A DNA stretch of 64,000 nt from Octopus sinensis (taxonomy: Eukaryota). This document shows positions 54,765 to 64,000 of the stretch, piece after piece. Numbering within the stretch: position 1 is the stretch's first letter; every line of letters starts with the position of its first letter. The stretch lies in NCBI RefSeq assembly GCF_006345805.1, contig NW_021837036.1, positions 1 to 64,000 on the forward strand. Direction: 5' to 3'. Under the pieces are notes generated by a model. That model was not told the origin of the DNA. It saw only the letters and a program-made list of their open reading frames with translations, and did no database searches. The translations under genes and the position numbers were made by a program.

Positions 54765-55176
54765 TTGCAGGTGGGACCAAGTTAGAATTTTCTTCTGTTC
54801 CAGTAGCCCATCCTACTCAAAAGGTCCCTGAATAAGGATTGTTAAAGGATATTGAACGAACCACCCATGTTTCCAGAGGTGACTTATCCAAACCCCAAAG
54901 AATTCCTTTCAACACACGGCTATGATGTTTCCCACGACTTCTGCTCGTGGCCAGAGATGTACATATCGTCAGCCACTAAGGGACATGCTCAACTGGTTAA
55001 GGTCAAACAACTGACAAGCAAATCTGTGGTATTGAGCAGAATATTTGCTGTAGCCCATCTTTTATACCAAGACAAAACAATGTACATGATAACACTTGCA
55101 ATCAGTTAAGATCTGAAGTCATGAGAGCCACTGCCTGGTACTGCATCAGGGCATTTATAATTATTATTATAATTAC

Positions 55177-55237
<61 letters not shown>

Positions 55238-55270
55238 AATAATATATTATTATTATTATTATTATATTAT

Positions 55271-55563
55271 TGACGTAGCGGTTCACCAAACGAGATCGAT
55301 AAAATGACTTAGCGGTTCGACAAATGAGATCGATAAAATGACTAAGAGTTTGCCAACTGGGATCGATAAAATGACGTAGCGGTTCGACAAACGAGATCGA
55401 TAAAATTGACTTAGCGTTTCCATAAACGAGATCGATAAAATAATTTAGCGTTTCGCGAAACGTGATCGTTAAAATGACTCAGAGGTTCGACAAACATGAT
55501 CGACACACTGACGTAGTGGTTCCCCAAACGGGATCGATAAAATGGATTAGGGGTTCGACAGAC
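55271..55563 (+). repeat. 34-bp minisatellite, about 9 units, SINE-derived
   Basis: Unit starts 55271, 55305, 55339, 55372, 55407, 55441, 55475, 55509, 55543; consensus TGACTTAGCGGTTCGACAAACGAGATCGATAAAA. Confidence 0.92.
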
Positions 55564-56842
55564 GCTGGGGAAAATGGTGGGAAACTTCCAGGAAAGTTTC
55601 CGGGATTCCCCAAGTCCCTGGGAAAATGGTCGGAAATTTCCTGGAAAGTTCCGAGGATTTCATGAAAAGTTCCGGGGATTCCCCCAAATTCCTGGACAAT
55701 TTGTCGGAAACATCCATGAAAGATCCAATGATTCCATGGAAAATTCCAGGACCACCAACTTCCTGGGAAATTGGCCGGAAACTTCCTGGAAATTTCCGAG
55801 GATTTCATGGAAAGTTCCGAGGATCCCCGATTTCCAGAAACCTCCTAGGATTTCGTGGAAAGTTCCAGGTATCCCCAAAGACATGGGAATTTGGTCGGAA
55901 ACTTCCTGGAAACTTCCGGGGATTTTATGGAAAATTCATGGAAAGTTGTGGGGGTGGCCCAACTTGCTGGAAAATTGATCGGAAACTTCCTGGGTAGTTC
56001 CGAGGATTTCTTGGAAAATTTCGGGGATTCCCCCGACTTCCTGGAAAGTTCCGAGGATTTCGTTGAAAGTTCCGGGTATTTACTTCTACCTCCGGGAAAG
56101 TTCCAAGGATTTCATGGGAAGTTCCGGGGATTCCACAAATTCTTGGTAGGATGGTCGGAAACTTCCTTGAAAGTTCCGATGATTTCTTGGATAGTTTCGT
56201 GAATTCCTCCGACATCACGGGAACTTGTCGAAAACTTCCTGGAAAGTTCCGAGGATTTCGTGGAAAGTCCCAGAGATTACCCAACTTCCTGGAAGGTTAA
56301 TCGGAAACTTCCTGGGAAGATCCATTTATTACATGGAAAGTTCCGAGGATTCCTCCGACTTTCCGGAAATTTCCTGGCAAGTTCAGAGGATTTCATGGGA
56401 AGTTCCGAGGATTACCCCGATTTCCTGGAAATTCCTGGAAATTTACAAGGATTTAATGCAAAGTTCCAAGGATTTAATGCAAAGTTCCAAGGATTTAATG
56501 CAAAGTTCCAAGGATTTAATGCAAAGTTCCAAGGATTTAATGCAAAGTTCCAATGATTTCTGGAAACTTGGTCGGAAGCTTCGTGGAAAGTTCCTGGGAT
56601 TTCACCAACTTCCTGGGAAATTATTCGGAAACATCATGGAATGTTCCGAGGAGTTCATGGAAAGTTCCGGAAATTCCTCCGACTTCCTGGAAAATTGATT
56701 AGAAAATTTCTGGAAATTTCCGATGATTTCATGGAAAGTTCCGGGTGTTCCCCAACTTCCTGGAAAGTTCCGAGGATTTCTAACTTCCGGGAATTTGGGT
56801 CGAAATCTGCCTGGGAAGATCCGTGTATTTTCTAACTTCCTG
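55564..56842. repeat. GGAA/TTCC-rich satellite with ~73-bp monomers built from ~11- and ~21-bp subunits
   Basis: (G/A)TCG(G/A)AAAC at 56154, 56227, 56300 (73-bp spacing); five perfect copies of CAAGGATTTAATGCAAAGTTC at 56446-56550. Confidence 0.9.
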
Positions 56843-57035
56843 GTCGCCAAACGAGATCGATAAAACGGCATAGCGGTTCGACAAACAAGATCGATAAAAT
56901 GACGTACCGGTTGGCGAAACGTGATCGATAAAATGACTAAGCGGTTCGCCAAACTGGAACGGTAAAATGATATAGCGGTTCGCCAAACGATATCGATAAA
57001 ATGACTGTGCGGTTCGCCAAAAGTGATCTATAAAA
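56843..57035 (+). repeat. Resumption of the 34-bp minisatellite, about 5-6 units
   Basis: Same unit and orientation as 55271-55563. Confidence 0.9.
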
Positions 57036-58908
57036 TGATTTCTTGTTTGTATTTGTCAGCTTCCTTAAATACTGAGAACAGTTTTTTGTTTTGCTCGTGT
57101 TTTGCTGCTATCTGGATCAGTTTTCCTTCCTTCTGAAGTAGGTATTTTTGCAGTCCTATGGTGGTTATTTTATAGTAGTTTTCCAGCTGTATAAGGCCTC
57201 TACCACCTTCTATACGTTGTATATATAGTCTTTCTATGTCAGATTTTGGGTGATGCATCCTAGATCCTGTCAGTATTTTTCTTGTTTTCCTATCTATTTT
57301 GGACAGTTCATTTCGTGTCCAGTTAAGGATATTGTAGCTGTAACTTATAACTGGGACAGCTAAAGTGTTGATACCTATTATCTTGTTTTTAGCATTGAGC
57401 TCTGTTTTTAGTATTGATCTAACTCGTCTATAATATTCTTTTTTTATTTCTCTTTCATTTGTGTGTGTTGTGTCTTATCTAGATCATGGATTTCTAAGTA
57501 TTTGTAAGTTTGGCTTTGGTCTAATTCTTTTATTTCATTGGTTTTATCTAGTGTGATGTTGTTACTTTTAACTAGTTTTCCTCTTTTCATGGTTACTTTG
57601 GCGCATTTTTCTAATCCAAATTTCATATCTATTTCTTTGGTAAATCCATGAACTGTCTTTAATAGTGTTTCCAGCTGTTTGTCATTTGCAGCGTATAGTT
57701 TTAGGTCATCCATATATAAAAGGTGGCTGATCGTTTTGCCGTAACATTTATATCCGCGTTCTATTTAGCATATCAGATAGAGGTGACAGTGTCAAGCAGA
57801 AAAGGAGTGGAGAGAGCGTGTCTCCCTGGAATATTCCTCTTCTAATGGGGATGTCTTTGGTTTTCATGAGTCCCTCTTTTGTTTGGAGGTGTAGGACTGT
57901 TTGCCATTTATTCATAGAGTGCTCTATGAATTTTATGATTGTTGGTGCTACTTTGTTAATGGCTAGTGTTTCGAGGATCCATGTGTGGGGGATGCTATCA
58001 AACGCCTTTTTGTAGTCAATCCAGGCCATACTGAGGCCTTTCTTCTTTCTGTGGCTGTCTTCAGTTACGGCTTTATTAATCATTAGTCGATCTTTACAGC
58101 CATATGAGCCCTTGCGGTATCCTTTCTGCTCTTCTGGGAACAGTTTGTTTTCGTCCAGGTGCTTGTTCAGCCTTTGCGATATCACTGCAGTAAATGCCTT
58201 GAACATAGTAAGGAGGCAGGTTATTGGTCTGTAGTTTTCTGGTTTTGTTGTTTCATTTGATTTGGGAATTAAGATGGTTTTCCCCTTCGTGAGCCATTCA
58301 GGCATTGTCTCTGGCTCTGCTAGTATGCTGTTAAAGTTTTCAGCCAGCTTTTTGTGCATTCCTGTTAGATATTTCAACCAGAAGTTGGGGATCTTGTCAT
58401 GCCCAGGTGCCTTCCAGTTGCTTAGTTTTTGCAGTGCCTGGGTGACCTCTTCAGTTGTTATGGGGGTCCAAAGTTGTTCAGATGCCGAGTTTATTTTCAT
58501 ACTCCTTTTTTTGGCTGTTCGTTCGCCGACCATATTTCTTTCCAGAATTCTTCCAATCTTCTGCCGTTGTGCTGCAGTGACTTCTATTTTATTTTTGCCC
58601 AGTTCTTGGTAGAACTTTTTGGGGTCGGAGTTGAACTTTTTGTTCTGTTCAAAGAAGCGTTGGCGTTTCTCGTACCGGCGGATCCTTTGAACTTTGGCAA
58701 GGATATCTTGCTTCAGCTTTTCTTTTATCTCCGGCAAATCTTTTTCTGTGATGTTATATTTGCGGAGCATTTTTGTTCTCTTTTTGTTGCTCAGTAGCCT
58801 TGCTTGTTTGCTTATTTCATTAAGAATCGACAGGTCTTTTCTAATTTTTTTAAATTTGTTTTGGATGTTATTTATCCACAGGGTTTGTTTGGGTGGTGGT
58901 ACTCCTGT

Positions 58909-58915
<7 letters not shown>
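57036..58915 (-). mobile_element. R4/Dong-type LINE, pre-RT and RT region; 3' end missing
   Basis: 340-aa ORF with WKAPGHDKIPNFWLK, YRPITCL, AWIDYKKAFDSIPH, RGIFQGDTLSP; then YMDDLKLY, HPKSDIERLY. Confidence 0.95.
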
Positions 58916-58964
<49 letters not shown>

Positions 58965-59305
58965 TATTATTATTATTATTATTATTTAGGTGGCTTCAAT
59001 AATATGGTCAGTCTTTATGGAGAAAATTCAAAAAATCTCATTTTCATTCATCATCACTGCCTGTGATTTGTATTCCTACCACTTTTCTGTCATTTTGAAT
59101 TTACGTACTCGGCTCATATCTCGATGTACTCTTTAACCGACACAGTCATGCACACGCTTATACTCTGTGCTACTTTACAGCATTCCATTAAGATGGGGCT
59201 AATATTTCGTGTCCTTTTCCCCAGGTTCTGCGTTTACCCTATGACTGGATTTTATAAGCCTTTCCCTTTATCATATTTATTCTAATGACTTCCCTGAATT
59301 ATTAC

Positions 59306-59401
<96 letters not shown>

Positions 59402-59429
59402 CAACAGCAGCAGTACTACTTCTACTACT

Positions 59430-59625
59430 TTAATTAGGAGAGGAGTTTATCTGACTCGTCAGAACCTCAGAAAAAATGCTTTGCAGGATTTGTTCCGGCT
59501 CTAATACATCCAGCTTTGCCTTTCCTCCTTGCAGGGTCGACGAAATAAAGAACTAGTCAAGTACTGGGTTGATGGCGTCAACTTACACCTTACCCTCAAA
59601 GTTGTTGGTCTTGTGCATAAATCAA
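59430..59625 (+). mobile_element. Degraded SINE family B copy
   Basis: CAGCTTTGCCTTTCCTCCTTGCAGGGTCGACGAAATAAAG, GTACTGGGTTGAT. Confidence 0.6.
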
Positions 59626-59761
59626 AAACAATAACTGTCGATTATGTTGAGGTTGTTTAGCGAAATACATCATGAGTTTCCTGACGGACCTCAGAACAGA
59701 TGCTTTAAATATGTTCGAGTCTAACAAACCTCTGTAAGAATGCCCTGCCAATATTTTACAG

Positions 59762-59809
59762 TTCCCAACATTGCTATATACTGGAATGTCCCTATGTTTA
59801 TTGACATAG
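59762..59809 (+). CDS. Candidate 48-nt internal exon (phase 1-1)
   Basis: ATATTTTACAG acceptor and TAG|GTAAAT donor; (V)PNIAIYWNVPMFIDI; phase-compatible with the 61013 exon. Confidence 0.3.
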   Translation, partial: FPTLLYTGMSLCLLT

Positions 59810-60114
59810 GTAAATCTGTCAATATTTCTACCGTAGAAAAGATTATTTATCTTTCCAGTTCTACTTATTTCAAATGGATTTTATGGAGACATTCTTTTAA
59901 TTATCATGTTTTTTATTCAAATCACTATGTTTTATCTTTTACTTGTTTCTGTCATTGGACTGCGATCACTCTGGGGCAGAGCCGGAAAAGTTTACACAGA
60001 CAAATCGAATCTATTACTTACTATTAAAACTGGTGATAATTCAATCGCAATCCTTTCGCCGAACTGCTAAGTTACTGGGACTTAAACAAACCAAATCCGA
60101 TTGTCAAACGCCTT

Positions 60115-60395
60115 CCCAGGTTCATGGGCCCGGTTTCCCGGTTTCTGTGGCGTATGTGTTCCCCCTAGCTGGACGGGACGCCAGTCCATCGCAGCATTAC
60201 TCAAGAAACAGGAAGAGAGAGTGAGAGAAAGTTAAGGCGAAAGAGTACAACAGAGGTCGCCACCACCCCCTGTCGGAGCCTCGTGGAGCTTTTATGTGTT
60301 TTCGTCCAATAAACACACACAACGCCCGGTCTGGGAATCGAAACCGCGATCCTCCGACCACGAGTCCGCTGCCCTAACCACTGGGCCATTGTGGA
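60115..60395 (-). mobile_element. SINE family C copy
   Basis: Matches 19942-20311 including the tRNA-like head. Confidence 0.85.
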
Positions 60396-60631
60396 AGGAG
60401 GGACAAACATAAGCACAGACACGCACACACGCATATATGTATGTATGGGTGTATGCATGATTATATGTATGTATACGATGGGCTTCCACATAGTTTCCGT
60501 TTACCAAGTTAAGTCACAAAACATTGGCCGCCCCCAGGATTATAGTAAAAGACACTTGCCCGAGGTACTGCGCAGTGTTCAACATTTGCGCTCATCCAGA
60601 GTCATTTTGATGTTGCTATTTCTATTCTTAG

Positions 60632-60746
60632 TGTACTATTGTCAGTTTTGTACGGAAAATCATATAGAACGATGGACTGTAAAAGTGTTTTCGGATATAA
60701 TTACGTCAATCTCTGTGGATTTTACACTCAGAAAGTGTTATCTGCT
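60632..60746 (+). CDS. Possible exon (UTR, alternative or cryptic)
   Basis: TTTCTATTCTTAG acceptor and CT|GTAAGT donor; two open frames, neither phase-compatible with the 61013 exon. Confidence 0.25.
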
Positions 60747-61012
60747 GTAAGTTCTGATCGATCCGAGTCTTATGAGTTCAATTAAAGAGACAGAAGCTAT
60801 AGCAGTTCGTTGGATGGATTATCTGTTTGTGGATTGTAGACTTATCCGTTGCTTGAATTTATATCACTTCCTGTCCTTTGGATATTTTTAGCTCAGTCAT
60901 TCTGTTGAAAACATCCTGATTCGGTGTTTGGTCAGATGATTACTTGATATCATAATGCACTACTTCCTATTGTAGCAGTACGAGCATTTTTTTTCTTGTT
61001 CCCCTGCAATAG

Positions 61013-61161
61013 ACTCAGGAGCCGTAAAAAAGTATCATGAGCGCGTTGCCCTTCTTCGTTTGACAAAGCCATATTTCTTAAAAGTTTCAAGCGATGACAA
61101 TAATGAGATGTCTTTTAGCGAACGGTTTGTACAAAGGAAAATAATCATTTCTTCAGATCCG
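61013..61161 (+). CDS. Candidate coding exon of an unidentified host gene (phase 1-0)
   Basis: Strong T8CTTGTTCCCCTGCAATAG acceptor and CCG|GTGAGA donor; one open frame SGAVKKYHERVALLRLTKPYFLKVSSDDNNEMSFSERFVQRKIIISSDP. Confidence 0.55.
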
Positions 61162-61707
61162 GTGAGATAAGAAGTTGAATTTGAAATTAAGGAATAAGGA
61201 AAAAGATGCACAGATTCCAGATTTTATTTTTATTATTTACTTATTACGAAGTTCTGAAAACTTCTGTAGCTTTAAAATGTATGCAGCGGGAGTTTGGCAG
61301 AATCGATGGGGTGATTTTTACCGGTATGTTTTTTTGTTTTGTTTTCTTTCTGGATTTTTTTCTTTTTCGTTTTAGTGCAATGCTTTGAGTTGGAGTGGTA
61401 CCAAACTAAAGTTCATAGAGCTGATTGACTACTGATCAATGCATCTGATTAATAATACCGAGTGTGAGAATGTCTGTGTGGCTAAGAAATTCGATTCGCG
61501 ATCAGGTTCTTCTGAGTTACATCCACTGCGCTGCACTTTGAGCAATTTTCTTCAGCTATAGCTATCTTAGACACATCTTCATCAATACTGGAACTTGGTA
61601 AACGGAAACTGTCCGGAAGCCGGTTATATATAAATATATGATATATATATATAGTGTATATATATATATTTACATTATATATAATATATTATATAATATA
61701 TATATAT

Positions 61708-61876
61708 AGGCGCAGGAGTGGCTGTGTGGTAAGTAGCTTGTTTACCAACCACATGGTTCCGGGTCAGTCCCACTGCGTGGTACCTTGGGCAAGTGTCTTC
61801 TACTATAGCCTCGGCCGACCAAACTTGTGAGTGGATTTGGTAGACGGAAACTGAAAGAAGCCCGTCGTATGTATGC

Positions 61877-61931
<55 letters not shown>

Positions 61932-62172
61932 TATATGCGTGTATGTGTTTGTGTGCATGTGTTGTGTGTATGTGTTTGTCCCCCTTGCATTGCTTGACAA
62001 CACATTGCTTGTGTTTATGTCCCCGTCACTTAGCGGTTCGGCAAAAGAGACCGATAGAATAAGTACTGGCTTACAAAAGAATAAGTCGCGGGGTCGAGTT
62101 GCTCGATTAAAGGCGGTGCTCCAGCATGGCCGCAGTCAAATGACTGAAACTAATAAAAGAGTAAAAGAGTAA
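61708..62172 (+). mobile_element. SINE family A copy
   Basis: Full head-linker-tail structure. Confidence 0.9.
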
Positions 62173-62192
62173 ATATATATATATATATATAT

Positions 62193-62601
62193 AACATTAT
62201 TGGTGAATTGAAGAAATGGAGCTGACGCAGATTGAACAGAAATCGTTTTATTTCATTCTACACGTGGTTTCGAAAGGCACAAATTACCAAAATCCATTGA
62301 ATAATGGGACCACATATTTGTCTTTCTCTTCAGGAAGAAAAAAGGAATCCGTTGGAAAAACAAAAACAGAACAGAGGCAGAGCAAAAACAAATCGAACTG
62401 TGCTCCTAAGAGCCCATGGCGAAACCTGTTCTGTTTTTGTTTTTCCAACGGATTTCCTTTTTTCTTCCTGGAGAGAAAACACAATATGGTCCCATTATTC
62501 AATCGGATTTGGAATTGTGCCTTCGAAACACGTGTAGAATGAAATAAAACGATTTCTGTCAATCTGCGTTCAGCTCCATTTCTTCAATCACCAATAATGT
62601 T
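62193..62601. mobile_element. Fold-back/MITE-like palindrome with ~180-190-bp arms
   Basis: AACATTATTGGTGA... at 62193 is inverted, ending at 62601; ~40-bp spacer. Confidence 0.88.
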
Positions 62602-62755
62602 TTAATTTCAATTATCCGCACCAACGCACGGTGCAACGCCAGATGGTTGTACCTCCAACCGTGCTGTTCAATGCTGTGATTTTTGCTACTAAGGTATCGG
62701 TTAAACTTTTGATTAATCTACTACAAGATTATTCATCTTCTATTTCACATAATAA

Positions 62756-62787
<32 letters not shown>

Positions 62788-62789
62788 AA

Positions 62790-62976
62790 TATAGGGAGAG
62801 TTTACGAAAAAAACAAAAGACAAAGACAAGTGGTGACAAAACAAACAGATGTATTAGTAAAACGCTCAGGAATAGAAAAAGTCTTTTACGTTTCGAGCCT
62901 ACGCTCTTCTACAGAAGGGACACAGAAAAAACAGGAGAGAAAAAATGTGTGGTAGTGGCTAACGATCTATCATGGC

Positions 62977-62980
<4 letters not shown>
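62790..62980 (-). mobile_element. Sister copy of the 18240-18425 hammerhead-bearing repeat
   Basis: Reverse complement of 62883-62918 is CCTT-CTGTAGA-A-GAGC-GTAG-GCTC-GAAA-CGT-A-AAAG. Confidence 0.65.
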
Positions 62981-63056
<76 letters not shown>

Positions 63057-63222
63057 ACTAATAATATTAAAGAATTATTTCAAATGGAATTCTCTTTGTA
63101 CCAAATGTGGTTCACCAAATAAATCAATTCCACATTCACTTTGATTTAAGAAATGAACTCTATGCTGAAAATTACATTCATTATTTTATTATTTTTTTGC
63201 TGTTCTTATTTTTCCCTAATAG

Positions 63223-63437
63223 ACTGGTAATAGGGATTTTAATATATTGAGTTATAACGTAGTTATACAACCAGTAAACACGCTAGCTGTGCTGCACAAG
63301 AAAAACATTCAGAGAATTGATTTGTTTTTAGCTTATCTAAAAATCACGAATGAAGAGACACCCCCAAAATTTGCAACTGCATTTGGTTTGTCAAATGTGA
63401 CTCTCAGAGCATTGGCAGAGTGTTATGTCGCATTTCA
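63223..63437 (+). CDS. Candidate coding exon of the same unidentified host gene (phase 0-2)
   Basis: TTTTTTTGCTGTTCTTATTTTTCCCTAATAG acceptor and CA|GTAAGT donor; 71 open codons TGNRDFNILSYNVVIQPVNTLAVLHKKNIQRIDLFLAYLKITNEETPPKFATAFGLSNVTLRALAECYVAF; in phase with 61013-61161. Confidence 0.6.
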
Positions 63438-64000
63438 GTAAGTGAATTAATACCCCAGTCTTACAGCATATACTGTGTACTATTTCATACACTTGACACA
63501 GTTCAATACACAGAAATAAATAAATAAATAAACTATAAATAAATGACTTGTTGAATAATGTAATAGAAGAACTCTAACCATGAAGAAGCAGTATTAGAAA
63601 TAATACATGATGTATATTTGCTTAACCACTCGTTGAGTATATTGGTACAGTGGAACTGTGCTGGGCCCAAACCTCAGAGGTCCATAGACAAAAACCGCTC
63701 ACTGCGAAGGAATGGATACTTATTTTTATATTTATAAACTGCAAATAATTTTTCTACAAATATACCGTCTATATAAAGGCATATATACCTACATAGGTAA
63801 GTATTAGTTATATTATATAATTAATATTGTTCAAGGGATCACCAACAGACCGGAGTGCATCAAAACCCAAGCAGCGCAGTGGGAACAGATGGCTTTTGGT
63901 TATTCTTTCTACTACAGACACAAGTGCTGAAATTTTGGGGAGGGGGCTAGTCAATTACATCAACCCCAGTCCTCGACTGGTATTTATTTTTTGGCCCCCG

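Noticed and set aside
55479-56952. Overlapping 100-157-aa ORFs in several frames (KDLMQSS x5 etc.)
   Set aside because: Open on both strands because the satellite has few stop codons; no evidence of coding
55271-57035. 34-bp array as a CRISPR-like locus
   Set aside because: Units are contiguous and degenerate with no unique spacers, no cas genes, eukaryotic context; the unit matches a SINE segment
59762-59809. IYWNVP as a hyaluronidase (GH56) N-terminal motif
   Set aside because: Only a 5-residue match; the downstream candidate exons do not resemble GH56, so no gene name is assigned

Overview
Eukaryotic, AT-rich, repeat-dominated window. The SINE families and very high microsatellite load suggest an octopus or related coleoid cephalopod (inference, no database check). 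There are no prokaryotic genes, rRNA, true tRNA or CRISPR arrays, and most listed ORFs are translations of microsatellites. Supportable content: three tRNA-headed SINE families; about eight pieces of R4/Dong-type RLE LINEs, most bounded by (TAA)n arrays; a full-length decayed DD34D mariner; two decayed DD37D (maT-like) transposons, one interrupted by an RTE-like LINE with a provable 10-bp TSD; a Helitron Rep fragment and a non-autonomous Helitron-type element; Penelope-like fragments; several hammerhead-ribozyme-like motifs in three repeat families; three fold-back (MITE-like) elements; a 444-bp tandem triplication; and a nested satellite at 55.3-57.0 kb whose outer 34-bp unit derives from a SINE. 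Host-like sequence is limited to two CpG-rich promoter-like patches (10.5 and 43 kb) and candidate coding exons of an unidentified plus-strand gene (59.8-63.4 kb). Coordinates of degraded repeats are approximate, and some indels may be long-read consensus errors.
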